Origin: Antedon mediterranea
Taxonomy: Eukaryota > Animalia > Echinodermata
DNA length: 64,000 nucleotides
Assembly (NCBI RefSeq): GCF_964355755.1
Contig: NC_092677.1
Span: 16,638,101-16,702,100, forward strand
Reading direction: 5' to 3'
In this document: piece after piece, positions 35,860 to 49,164 of the stretch
Position numbering within the stretch: the first letter of the stretch is position 1
Layout: each line of letters begins with the position of its first letter
The notes under the pieces: generated by a model
What the model saw: the letters and a program-made list of their open reading frames with translations, nothing else
Told to the model about the DNA's origin: nothing
Database searches by the model: none
Position numbers and translations under genes: made by a program

Positions 35860-38800
35860 ATAGTGAACTATAGAGTCGCGTCTACGCAACTAAAATCGGA
35901 ACAGAATAACACGATCTTTAGTTACATTACCATGACACAGCATAGCATTAAAGCAAATACTCAATAAGATATTAAGTTGTTTACTAGCATATTTAAAATG
36001 TTTACCACCCAAACCGGGTGATTTCCATACAGAGAGTTTATCAATGCAATTATATACAAGATCAGGAGTGACATTTATAACAATCTTAGGTGGACAGTAT
36101 TCCAGATTCTCCTCTATTTAATGTTTTATGAGTCGTGTTATCCACAGAGTTAAACAAATTATCAATAACTTCAGAGGTATTAGCTCTAGTATCATTCATA
36201 AAAAAAACCTTGGTAGTCCTCATTATCAATGAAAGGCTGAGCTAATTTATCAGCTCTCAGAGTTGTTGATCATTCTATTTACACGTGCGTAACGCCAACT
36301 TAATACGAGAACGAGACATTCTCATAGAATGAAACAATGATCCATTTCTAGGTTTGCCGTTAGGTCTGCAGATCAGAAACATAGGCCTAATCATTCTAGC
36401 CCGGCACAATATTATATGACCTAGACCTAGTGGGCTTTAGACATTCACTAGATGCACGTTTAAGGCAAGCAACAAAATCGTTATACAGGATAGTAAGACG
36501 GTGACACTCATTGCTTCAATAATATTACATGTTAGTACATCAGTATAAATGTTAACATTACTAAGTAAATATTAAGTAAATGAATCATAATATTCAATAT
36601 TATCGGCCTTAACTTTGACCTAGTTAATGTATTCATGATTAAATTCACTTTCATTGTTAGAACCTTTACACTGTTGTAAAGAGATAGAAGATTCAAATAA
36701 TAAAGGAAAATGATCAGATCCCAAAACATCATACAAAACATCTACAGTAGTTACACAATTATTACTGAGTGGACACAATTTGATCTAACCATAATTTATT
36801 GTTTACTGTGCACATGCTCCACATATTGGATATGCTTTCTAATCTTGGTGGCATGATTAATATTTTTATATTTTTATAGCTAGCTGCTATGGCGACGAAC
36901 AAAACTTTATGCGACGAATTTAAAAGCTTATTAATAAATGTAATTACAAGATTAAATACAAATTGTTTGTAAATTGTAGTACCCTTTGGGTTTAAAAAAA
37001 CATTAATGTTGCCATGTTCAAAATCTGCCGCGATTATTGATCTACGCTAATGTTTTTATGACCTTTAAGTAGCATTTTATGACATGTAGGCCCTAGTAGA
37101 CAACAAAAACTAGTTGTTGTCTCAGCCTACATGTAAAATTACAAAATCAGCAAGGATACTAGGCCCAGGCCTTATGTGCTTACTTGTAAACCCTATTATT
37201 TGCCGACATTGATGTAGGCCTAGGTAGGCCTATTGGTAGGCTAATTTTAAGTGCAGTAGCTACAACGTGTAATCATGATCTATATTCTCATCGTTTTATA
37301 CTTCTTGTGGGAATAATAATACAGTAATAGACAATATACTTCTAGGCTTCGTGTGTTCTTTGCCTTGCGTCTACTTTTCAAAACGAAACAAGCGCTAGAG
37401 AGTAGTAGAGTCAGTGGTGACGTATCGCAACTACACATAGCCAGATTGGATGTGATGTGGATGACATAACCACTAGCCAATCACCAGGCACTACAATTTA
37501 AATATAATTACATCGATAATTAAGGAGATTTATGAAGAAACCACTGCTTAGTATATATTAAAAACACGTTTGTTGTACTATACTTGTGACACGGTAAAAC
37601 CATACATGGTGAAATGCATAATTTAATATTCTATAGATTAACGCAAATTTTAATGACAGAAGGTGGAAGGCCAATATGATAATTCAAATATAAAAATTGC
37701 ATATTACCGTAATTTTATTAATATTACCTACTACTTAAAATTACCGGTAGTAAGAAAGTGAACATTTCGTAGTCCGATTGTGATGAAATTAAAACAGAAC
37801 TGTTCAGCATTATTTTGTTGTTGTCAATTAATCATCGACGCAGACATGTCAATAGAACAATCAGACTGCGCATGCGATTTCTACATGACTACGTTTTGTT
37901 CTCAAAAAATGTAAGAGTTGATTCGCAGCGTTCTATAGAGGGCCGCGGTTAGAGACACGGAGTTCAATGAGCGTGTTTGTTTGATTGGCAGCAGTGCTTT
38001 AGTATAGGCAAGCGTGTTGGAAAATCGCTTGATGTCACCGTCGATGCATATCCTTCTATTCTTTAATCCATGGAGAAAATAACCCTGTGATATATCCACC
38101 AATTTCGATTGGAAACGCTAAAATTTGTCGTTGTAAAAGACAAAAATTGAACAATAAAGTAATACTGAAAACCAATGTTATAAAATCTACGTTTCGCGGT
38201 ACATCTGAGATATATGAAGTTATGTATCAAAGGCGGACATTTTCCTAAAGTTTTTCCATTGTGTCCGCCTATGTCAGAATTAACCATAATTTATATATAG
38301 ATACTGTTGGCAATATTGAAACACCTATTTACAGTACAATATTAATTTGTTTCTATAATCATATTAGTTTATTATTTGAATGTTCCCTAATTACTAGTTA
38401 AAACAATAATCAAATTATTTTTATTCGTTTATTTGAAAGGAAACTCTTGTTTTATGAATAACAAACACTAGAATATCTCGAAAAAGAACGTGTTGTACTT
38501 CAGTGAAATTTTTATTAAAAAAAAGGTGAAATAATCGGTCCATGGTTTTTTAGTGCATACAAAATATAGGGAGTCAAACCAACAATTATCAATCAATCAA
38601 AAATATTAATGGGGTATTCAAGAAATCATACATAGCAAAAAAAATTAATGCTATCTGATGCAAAAGAGGTGTGTGGAACATGAGTGACTTTGCAACTTAC
38701 AGTATACGAAACTTGTTGAACCATATTTAGTAATTGTTTTTATTTGTAGGCAATACTGTCAACGAATGAATGACATGTTTTCTAGCATCCTGGTAATGGG

Positions 38801-39097
38801 AGTGTTTAGGAAATAATTAACAAAATGAATTTAATTTAGTTGTCGGATGTCAATGAGGTGTGAAGTGATGTTCTCAAATTATCAAAAAAAAAACTGTAGT
38901 GGGTTCGGTAGACTTACATTTTTATTTCCACTTTTTTTAAATTAGAAATAATGTAATAATACAACTACAAGATCCACTAAGTAATTTCAAATCATTGAAG
39001 TTTCTTTTTTCATCTTCTCTATTCCGATAAATTGAAAAAAGGTAACTCCAAATACTGAAACGAAAGACAAATTGAATGCCTAACATTCAGAACTATT

Positions 39098-39366
39098 AAA
39101 ATAACTATTGTAAAATATCGCCATTTATTTTCTGGTTGTTTTACTTTATCATTTTGATTTAGTTTTTCGCTTTCGCCATTGAGATCCAGACACTGTTTAC
39201 TTACAGCATTGTCATTTTTCAGTTATTTGCCATTGGCTGGATCTCAATGGAGGTACAAAAAAAAAGAAGCGAAAAGCTAAATTAAAACGATAAAGTAAAA
39301 CAGCCAGAAAAATTAGTAGCGACTCTTTAACATATATAAATGGCGATATTTTACAATAGTTATTTT
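39098..39366. repeat. ~270-bp imperfect palindrome; partial related copy at ~41715-41830
   Basis: AAAATAACTATTGTAAAATATCGCCATTTAT / ATAAATGGCGATATTTTACAATAGTTATTTT, with inner arms TTTTACTTTATC..CATTGAGATCCAG / CTGGATCTCAATG..GATAAAGTAAAA. Confidence 0.85.
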
Positions 39367-39494
39367 ATACATTATTATTTTATATATATACTGTAAATTA
39401 TAGAAACAGTGCTCATATTCGGAACATGATCTCATAATCGCGTCGAGCATAGCTCATTGGCGAAAGTTCCGTATTTTTTAGTTGTATGAAAAAA

Positions 39495-39566
39495 TGTCTC
39501 TGGCGGGATTCGAACCTGCAACCTCTCGCTTACAGGGCGAGTATCATACCACTAGACCACAGAGCC
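39495..39566 (-). tRNA. tRNA-like sequence (Pro-like D arm, TGT anticodon); probable pseudogene or SINE head
   Basis: GGCTCTGTGGTCTAGTGGTATGATACTCGCCCTGTAAGCGAGAGGTTGCAGGTTCGAATCCCGCCAGAGACA then TTTTTT. A and B boxes present, but C at position 33 and mismatches in the acceptor and T stems. Confidence 0.6.
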
Positions 39567-40161
39567 ATGTATGGTATTATCACAGATTTTCCCCCACCAG
39601 ATACATTCTCTCATACAACAAACAAACTATACATATATATATATATTTATGTATAGGCAAAATTCGGTAAATAGCGCGTTATTTCTAGAATGTTTACTCG
39701 ATGGTATATAAAGTTGGTTAGAATCTCGGTACTGATTTTAACCACCTGATGTAATCCTGTTTACTAATTAAATTTAGTTAGATAATTAGTTATTGACAAT
39801 TAAAACGAATCTAGGTTTAAAGATTTGCCCCAAATAGGGGTGTTTTCCGATCGTGGTATACACTGTCTAATGGATATCCTCAAAATACCTGCACACAATA
39901 ATATGAGGATACTTCGCATTTTCCTATCTCCTCCTACGATAATTGTTTTTAATAGCTGAAAACCGGTTTAACAGCTCGAGTACAGTATCATAATGTTGAA
40001 GACATTATGATAATACTGTACGTATTAACCATTTTTGGTCGACATTTGAATCGAAATTGTCTTACTGTGAATGTGGTTACTGTTATAAACAAAATATATA
40101 CAAAGAACATTTATTACTGTGACTCTGGGTAGATTACTGACAGTTGCTTCTCAACGTTTTG

Positions 40162-41242
40162 CAGGGGCGGACGCAAGGGTGTTTCCCCAGTTGCCCGGGC
40201 AACACTATTAATTTCATACTAAATGTTTTTTTCTACCACTAAATTAAGATTTAGATCCATTTCATTATATATATTAACCATTATCGTTATAGAAGTCCAG
40301 GGTTTGAAGAGTCTATATGTAAATTGACTGACTGCAGCGTAAAATTAACCGTGCACAATTTAACGGCGGTCAGCGTATTTTATTTATTTTTAGATATGTT
40401 TCTGAACATGCTCAGAATTAATTTCTGACTGTTTGGATTGCTTGTGTGCGTCATGAGAAGATGCAGTACGTGTACAAAAAACCGGTCATATGGGTCGTTG
40501 ATTTGTCCGTAATTATTGCATTTTCCCGGGGATTCCCCATAATTTAAGTATTTCCGTAGTACTCTTATCTTCATTTCCCTACGTCCGTAATATTGGGCCG
40601 AATTTCTGTAGTATACGGACGTTCCGAACTTTGAAATAACAGTGTTTAATTGCTTCTTTCTGCAAATTTCGATCATATTTTCTTTTCTGGAGTGTGGATT
40701 GAGCAAGAATGTTGTACAGTATATTGGATAAATGAAAATGGATTTTTGGAAATTGTTGTTTTACTGACTTATTTAGCATTTAGGCCTATTTCAAAAGAAT
40801 ACAATTCAACGTTTTGCTCAATATATTTTAGCAGCAGCTTCACATTTTTGTGTAGCTTTTTAAAATTATTAATTGATTATAGGCCTAGTAATTAATTTGT
40901 ATTAATTGATTATAATTGCTAGAATAATTTTAATTTACCGGAAGTACATTCGTCGAGGACTTTCTCTGACGTTCGCATTGAACGCACAAAATGTTATCCT
41001 TAGTCGCGTGTTTTACCGGCGGGATAAATACTGCTGTTTACTACTGTAGCCCGCGCTATATATAGAGTGTCATTTACGGCGAAAACTAGAGGTGAATTTT
41101 ACGTGAGAGTACCATTTCCGGCCACCTAGAGGTGTCATTTAACAAAATTCGCTTTGCCACAGCCTGTGGCGCAAATACTTGGTTTCTATTATGGCCCTGT
41201 ACTATTGGGCAACCCCTTAAAATAGTCCTGCGACCGCCCCAG
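40162..41242. mobile_element. hAT-like non-autonomous element related to 1692-3123
   Basis: Ends CAGGGGCGGACGCAAG / CCTGCGACCGCCCCAG. Shares TTTCCGGCCAyCTAGrGGTGTCATTTAACAAAATT and ACGTTCGCATTGAAC with 1692-3123. Confidence 0.7.
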
Positions 41243-42065
41243 ATGTTTGTATTAATTAATAATTATAAAAAATATAAACGTCGTAGAGGTGTATCGTTAC
41301 ATATACTTTACAATTTCAATCGACTAAAACAGGGACAGTTTTATTTCAGTATTATAAATCGTAAATGTTTTACTGTGTTTAGTGGTATATTATTAATAGG
41401 CCTATAAAACATTTAAAACAATATTTCGTTACTGAGTGGATAGAGAATATATTTAAAAATTGTTCTTCCCATCCTCTTCCTCATCCCTCAACTATAATGT
41501 TATATACAAAACACAAATTGGATTTGTTTAAATGAGTTCAAATAAAAAAATTGGACTCATTTTTAAGACAAGGCCTAATTCCCAGGGTGCTAATTTTACA
41601 TAAATCATCGTGTATATTTATTCGTTTCTGTAAACGACAATGTACTATAGTCCTGCGGTACGTACATTTTTTACACTAAAATTACTGTGTATTCGAGAAC
41701 CATCTAGTATATAAAATTACTGAAACAATGACAATGCTGTGAGTATCAGTGGCTTGATCTCAATGAAGATAAAAAAAAACGAAATGCCAAATTAAAACGA
41801 TAAAGTAAAACATCCAGAAAAGTTAGCAGAGCTTTCGGCCAACACTAGCCCTTCATCAGTGCAAGTGAAAGAATTTGGATAACGTCATAGTATAAAAACT
41901 GGCAAGTGCTGCCTGGGTGGACAGGAATAAAAGAAATAAAACAAAGGGAGGGAGACTGAATAAGAGTAGAAAACAAAAAGGTAGCTTGGTAGAGATTTAA
42001 ACAATTTTGAAATATATATATGAGTCTCGGTTGGGGCGACTTTTTCTCATTGAATGAGAAAAAGT

Positions 42066-42137
42066 CGCCCCAACCGAGACTCGAACTCGGACCGCCTGCT
42101 TGATATGCAGATGTCCTAACCATTAGACCACTGGGGC
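42066..42137 (-). tRNA. tRNA-like cloverleaf with ATC anticodon (Asp/Glu-type scaffold); probable pseudogene or SINE head
   Basis: GCCCCAGTGGTCTAATGGTTAGGACATCTGCATATCAAGCAGGCGGTCCGAGTTCGAGTCTCGGTTGGGGCG then ACTTTTT. Acceptor, anticodon and T stems pair; A at position 32 is atypical. Confidence 0.65.
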
Positions 42138-42275
42138 TTTTATGGTATTGTTCGAACTCGATTGGATAACGACTCTTTAACATTCTCGGCGTGGTACGGC
42201 GGAACAGCACTAGTCCTCAGTTGTACGCACGCGCAACAGAGATCAAATTGATACGCCCTCATCTTTCATATAAGA

Positions 42276-42424
<149 letters not shown>

Positions 42425-42516
42425 CTTCAGACAGTACTGTTTCGATCTTATTAGATCTAGTCAGTGCAGCTCAGGATTCGAAATGATAATATTGCATGCA
42501 TTCCTAATGTTAATAA

Positions 42517-42600
42517 ATAAGATAAGATAAGATAAGATAAGATAACTTTTATTGATCCTCAAAAAGGAAATTCATTGCTCGTCATAATAACAAAGAAAAC
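42517..42600 (-). mobile_element. 3' tail of a non-LTR retroelement: AATAAA followed by (TATCT)n
   Basis: Minus strand GGATCAATAAAAGTTATCTTATCTTATCTTATC. Confidence 0.5.
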
Positions 42601-43668
42601 ACTATAAAAACAAATATAGCATAAAACCATTCATATAAAAACATCTAAAAAATAACAATATAAAATATATGTAATGCAAAATTACATGAATAGCACGTTG
42701 CCCAACCTCCGGAAATGGGAGTGTTAAGGACATCATATTAAAACAGCGAAAACAATTAATGCTGTCTAATGCAAATGAGATGGCATTGTTATTTAATTCA
42801 TTCATACATTATTTTTTTCTGGAATACCATAATGACACAATATATTTATATCTTATAAAACAGTAATACAAACAACAGATTTGTAAATAAGTAAATTATG
42901 TTATAACAATTATTGATAGCGCATTAATGCAAATTAAATCAGGACCTACATTTACTCATTTTCTTTGTTTTGTTTCACGGAAGACGGCGCCACTTTTGAT
43001 AAATAATGGAAAAAATATATTAAAATCATTCTTGGAGACAGAAAAAGTTCACATTTTCTTTTTTCTGTTTTGTTTTATTTTAAATTAGTAAGCATAATAG
43101 TGAGTAACATTAGGAATAATAATGTTTCGACGATTAATCTCTCCAAAAAGGCAAATCATATTAGGACAGGAAGACAATGAAACTAACGATAAACAATACT
43201 AAAATTGCTATTTTTATTTACTCCATCCAACATTAAAATGTTTCCAAATGATTAGAAAAGAGAACTTTTCTTTTGTCAATAAATGATAAGGCTTTTTCTG
43301 TATAGTAATGTCTGTGACAACCTTTCGAATGTTGATATACAGTAGGCCTAAGCATATAAAGTTTTCAGAAGTACGTGGGTACCGTAAACGTTATATAAAC
43401 ATATTGATGTTACCATGCAAACTTTCAAACAATATAACGTTTGGAATGTTACAAATTATTATATTTTATCGTGATTGACAGGACGATACATTTTAATGAT
43501 AATAAAAGTGGTATGATCTCACAAAACACAACAAAAAAGAAAGAAAATAAACTTTCAATAAAAAAATTGTTGTTCATCTATACATAATCCATCGTATGTA
43601 AAAAAAGATTATTATTAAATATGTAATTGTCAGTACCTATTGTGAAATAGAATATTCCAACTGAGTGG

Positions 43669-43735
43669 TATAAATAGCAACATTTTCCGTGCATTATTTC
43701 AGAACCACTGCCCGATGCTCATTGGTATGGTAAGT
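43669..43735 (+). promoter_or_regulatory. Candidate TATA box and short first exon, possibly of the crystallin-aerolysin gene
   Basis: TATAAATA at 43669, initiator-like TCAG ~30 nt downstream, donor G|GTAAGT at 43730. The ATG exon at 52122 has an acceptor and so needs an upstream exon. Confidence 0.45.
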
Positions 43736-43899
43736 ATATACAATCATGCACAGCAAAATTTGAAATTCTAAGCAAGAAAAAAAAATCTTGTTTTAAGAAA
43801 AAATTCTTAAAATAAGTATTTTTTTTCTTGTCAAGATTTAAAATTACTTAAAACAAGAAATAATTTTCTAGAAAAGACACATTTTCTTAAATTAAGTTT

Positions 43900-45300
43900 T
43901 GCAATATTCTTGAAAATGCTTATTACAAGAAATATTTTACTTAAAATAAGAAGTCAATATCATTCTCTTCTTATTAAGAATAGTTTTGCTTAAAACAAGA
44001 TTTGAAAATACTTAATTTGAAAAGTATTTTACTTAAAATAAGAAATCTATATTATATTTATCCCTATCAAGAATATTTTTTCTTAAATCAAGATTGATGA
44101 ATTATAAAAATTACTTAAAACAATAAATATTTTTCTAGGTAAGACAAAGTTTCTTAAATTAGGTTTCGCAATAGTCTTGAAAATACTTGTTTTGAGAAAT
44201 ATTTTACTTAAAATAAGAAGTCAATTTCACACTACCCTTATCAAGATTATTTTTACTTGAATCAAGATTCGCAATATTCTTGAAAATGCTTATTACAAGA
44301 AATATTTTACTTAAAATAAGAAGTCAATATCATTCTCTTCTTATTAAGAATAGTTTTGCTTAAAACAAGATTTGAAAATACTTAATTTGAAAAGTATTTT
44401 ACTTAAAATAAGAAATCAATATTATATTTATCCCTATCAAGAATAATTTTTCTTAAATCAAGATTGATGAATTCTAAAAATTACTTAAAACAATAAATAT
44501 TTTTCTAGGTAAGACAAAGTTTCTTAAATTAGGTTTCGCAATATTCTTAAAAATACTTATTTTGAGAAATGTTTTACTTAAAATAAGAAGTCAATATCAT
44601 ACTATCTTATCAAGACTATTTTTGCTTAAATTGAGATTCGCAATATTTTTAAAAATACTTATTTTGAGAAATGTTTTACTTAAAATAAGAAGTCAATATC
44701 ATACTATCTTATCAAGACTATTTTTACTTGAATCCAGATTCGCAATATTCTTAAAAATACTTATTTCGAGAAATGTTTTACTTAAAATAAGAAGTCAATA
44801 TCATACTATCTTATCAAGACTATTTTTGCTTAAATTTAGATTCGCAATATTTTTAAAAATACTTATTTTGAAAAATGTTTTACTTAAAATAAGAAGTCAA
44901 TATCATACTATCCTATCAAGACTATTTTTGCTTGAATTCAGATTCGCAATATTCTGATTTTGAGAAATGTTTTACTTAAAATAAGAAGTCAATATCATAC
45001 TATCTTATCAAGACTATTTTTACTTGAATCAAGATTCGCAATATTCTTTAAAATACTTATTTTGAGAAATGTTTTACTTAAAATAAGAAGTCAATATCAT
45101 ACTATCTTATCAAGACTATTTTTGCTTAAATTGAGATTCGCAATATTTTTAAAAATACTTATTTTGAGAAATGTTTTACTTAAAATAAGAAGTCAATATC
45201 ATACTATCTTATCAAGACTATTTTTACTTGAATTGAAGTCAATTCTATTTTAATATTCTTAAAAATACTTATTTTGAGAAATGTTTTACTTAAAATAGAT
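43900..45300. repeat. Left subterminal tandem array (102-bp unit, plus a 370-bp duplication)
   Basis: TTTGAGAAATGTTTTACTTAAAATAAGAAGTCAATATC recurs every 102 bp. GCAATATTCTTGAAAATGCTT at 43901 and 44271. Confidence 0.92.
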
Positions 45301-46064
45301 TGTCAATATCCTTATATTCACACAACGGTAGAGCAGTTAGCACTTCAGTTTCAACTGATGAAAGAATCTGGGTAATCAAACTGTTTGTGCTTTGAATAAT
45401 CGATTGCACTGCAACCTAAAGAAAATAATATTGATTTAGTATTTTTTATATTCAAGTTTTAATATGTTTAAAAACTAAGTTGTGCTTTAGTTGGGGAGCT
45501 ATGCAGCCTAACAAAAAAAAATGTTATTTGTAACAATGAAATTGGTCACAAAAAAATTCAACATAAACTTAGAGTGTATAATGCCTAGGCCTAGGCCTAG
45601 TACCCAAGTCCTATAGTTACTATAGCTAATAGTCCTGTATAATAACAGTACCAGCAAGGCCTAGGAAATAGACGTATATAATTGTTGTAATTTTAAAGCA
45701 AAATGGCTTACCTGTGGAATCTTGTTTCTCTCCTTTAATTTTAGTAGAAGTAAATCAGCATTTTTTATACTATTATCTGCTTGTTCATCCTCTAGTTAGT
45801 AGGCCTTCTTGCTGAGCATCAACAAGATCATTAATATTAAACAATCATTAACAGTATAACAATACTAGAATTATCACTACTACTATCGTCAGTTGATAAA
45901 TCATCCGCCCGTTATAATAGTTTTTTTTCTTCATTAACTTCGTCAGTCTCCTAGTCTAGGCCTAGTTCTACTTCATCCTCAATTGGCATCCTCGTTTTCT
46001 CCAGGCATACTTATTATATACTGATGTTTCCATCCTCTACTGCAGGAGGTTGCCGATTGTTATA

Positions 46065-46235
46065 CTCGTCCTTAAAATGGCGTCTTATGACATGCTTGTA
46101 AAACGAATTGTAAATTCCAAAGCTTGCCGGGCAGCGAACCACCAATTCCACATGTTACTCGAAAATTCGGAGTATTTCCATGAATTGAATTATAATGCCT
46201 TAGCAAATAGGGTAGCAAATACTGTACCTACTTCA
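46065..46235 (-). pseudogene. C2H2-like N-terminal remnant of an EnSpm/CACTA transposase
   Basis: LLRHYNSIHGNTPNFRVTCGIGG [frameshift] FGIYNSFYKHVIRRH. Confidence 0.6.
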
Positions 46236-46607
46236 GTTTACTGGCACCAACTTATCGCTTTTTTTCGGACTGCAACAAACATGTGTCATTATTATTGTCT
46301 GTCGTATTACTGTTGGTCCAGACGTTTTATAGATTTGCTTTAACCACCATGGAGGTTTATACCTCCATGCTTTAACGTTGAGCAGTATAATGACCTTATA
46401 CATTCTGGGTAAAAGGCCAGCGATAAATTTTTGGTTATAGTTGAAAAACAACACTGTGTGTGGTCGATGACCTAGCTCCCGGCGGGATCATGGCCAACGG
46501 TTTTTTAAAGTAATCATTCAAAATCTAGAGTTTGTAAGTAAAAGACACCTTTCATCGCAATTTATATATTAAATGCTTCAATAGGCCTAGTAAGATTAGT
46601 CTAATAT

Positions 46608-48700
46608 AATGTCGAAGGAAGACGCTTTGTTGAAGATCCGAGAAATAGATGAAGAAGTGGCCAACATTTTAACAGGTTCGTAGGCCTAATTAATAATTAT
46701 ATTTTAATCTGCCAGCAGTCTAGGCCTAGCCTAGGCTCCTTCCTAGTTAGTAATACTGTAGGCCTGGAACTAGTAGGTCTAGGCTAGCCTACTATGCCTG
46801 TACTGACGGACAGGTGTATAGGTTTAGCTTAGCATTTTAGTTCAGACATTGACAGAGGGGACAAATATTGTCGGACCTATTTCAGCTAGGTATAAGGAAG
46901 GCCTAATAATAGATAATAATACAATTATAATGTAACAGTTATTTTGTAATGTAGCCATGAAATATCTACGAAGGATTATATTATATACACATATTCCAAT
47001 GAGAAATATAATGACATTTAAAAACACTTCTTTATATTTAATTAATTGTACACACTAAGTAATCCCCGAAGTGATCACATCGATATTGAAACTTAATGTT
47101 TTTAACTCTAAATTTAGAAAAAACATACTAAAAAACAAACAAAAAACATACGTATTGCATAACTAAAATTGTTATATTAAATTTCTTTTTAAAAAACTGT
47201 GTTATTTACAATATCTTAAATTATTTGTTAGGTAATTGAAGAAGTTCGAAGGATACTAATTATTACTAGGCAAAGAGGAATGAAATACAAAAGAAAGCTT
47301 TTTAAAAAAGTGCTTAGCAAATTTTTCCAAAGAAGAGAATAATATAGTTTATTTTGGTATTTTAAAGAGAAACACCAGTCCTCCATCTGGTAAGTACAGT
47401 GTATGTTTTTGTACTTTTATCTATTCATAAATAGTTTTATAATGGACCAATGGTAGTGAGGAAAATACGTGTACATATTGTGTACGTATTTTTAACAGCT
47501 TGGTTCGACTCAAGCTAGTGTCATGCACTCCTCCCTTTGACAACTAAAATTAAATAAATGACTTATGAATATTAATTTTTGACATATTAATGCTCTCCTG
47601 GCCAGCCCACCCTTTCCCCTTCCTTTTACATTGACCACCTACAAAACTGTAGGCTACATTATTAAAAATTTGAGCTACAGTATATCAAGTTTATGTCCAT
47701 ACATTATTCCACTCATTTAAATAAATTTATATAATATAATGTTTTCAATTTGTTATTTTTGGTTAGGTTCAAAGATAACCCATATGTTGTCAAATCTGTC
47801 AAACATATTTGTTGGGAAAAACTCATCAAAAAAAGTCTGCCGACCTTGAAGGTATTTAGTGTTTTTAAAAATTTTAAATACAAGTAACATTATGTACATT
47901 AAAAAAAAATATCTTAAAGTGTTTTTTTTAAATCAAATTTATCTTAGCTTAAAATTCAAGGTATATACTATGTTTACAATAATTTATTAAAATCAAACAA
48001 TTGTTATTATAAACATTGATACGGAATAAAAACATCAATCAGGATTGAGCACCGTTTTGCGTATTGTCTTCCTAAATAGTAATATTAAAAATAAATTTAG
48101 ACCCTAATAATTTAACTAAAAATAATAGATACAGCCAGGCCTGTCTTTGGGATCGGTATAAACAGGGCAAAGTTTGTGATTAAAAAGTTCAAATGCATAT
48201 TCCACCCACCCTTATGTCTTATAATGTAAAATTATTCTTACCACCGTTCTAATATTGCGTCATGTTTTTGTGTTTACCGCCCCAGATATAGGACTCTAAA
48301 ACCACACCGTACCCAATTAGTTGATGATGTTACAGATATTTTAAATACAGTAATAACTAAAACTATATTAATCTCTTTTCATGTTTAGGAACATGAATAA
48401 AGATCCAGAATCCTGGTCTTCACGCCGATCAGGTAATATGCCGGTATTGCTTTTGGACACAGAAATGGCCTACATTAAAGTTTAGCAAACAATTCTAACT
48501 ACAAAGAAAGCAAAATTAGATGAGGCTCTAGTTACTCTCCTCTCCACTTTTTACCTTCTGGATTTCGATTATCCAAAATGAAAAGAAGTAGGCCTCACTA
48601 TCCTTTAACAGTTAGTGATTTGTGATGAAAACACACCTGTACACTTGACAAAGGCTGTTGAATTATCATTAGTATACATTAATAAATTTAATGACACCTA
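46608..48700 (+). pseudogene. Spliced accessory gene remnant of the EnSpm element
   Basis: MSKEDALLKIREIDEEVANILT followed by a GT donor; 3' portion LDEALVTLLSTFYLLDFDYPK*KEVGLTIL*Q contains stops. Confidence 0.45.
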
Positions 48701-49164
48701 ATAGTTTAAAGCCCAGGTGCGGGAGAAGAATTTTACGAAATTTGTATTTTACCATTTTAATGTTTTTAAGTTTTCTTTTGATGGCAGGCATTTTATTATT
48801 AATAAAAACAAGTTTGTTTTAAAGAAGTTGTATATATTATTGTACCTAATGTCATGTAAATTGTAGTTCTTAATGAAAATAACAGTATTGTTAATATTAT
48901 GTTTTATAACATTCTTGAATTTATTTGTTTAAGTAAAATATTACTTAAAATGAGTATTCATTTATCGTTCTTAAAATAAATTTTTAATGATTTATATTTT
49001 ATAGAATTCTTGTTTCAAGCAATTTTTTTCCCAATATAAGTAAGAATTTACGAATTTTAATTTGATAGAATTCTTGTTTCAAGCAATACTTTTCTTAAAA
49101 TAAGTAAACATTTACTGGTTTTTATTTGATAGACTTCTTGTTTACTTATTTAAAAAAAAAGTTT

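Larger units (their letters stand above)
34157..35895 (-). mobile_element. HINE/DINE-1-like short element, interrupted by a Harbinger MITE
   Basis: AACAAGGCCAACAGCCATAAGTCGCGTGCT...(GACC/GACA)n...ATAGTGAACTATAGAGTCGCGTCTACGCAACTAAAA: subterminal inverted repeat, microsatellite and terminal hairpins. Near-identical copy at 56447-58122. Confidence 0.7.

Noticed and set aside
44562-45253. ORFs of 131 and 97 aa with 34-aa periodicity
   Set aside because: By-product of the 102-bp subterminal repeat; no true start codon or splice support.
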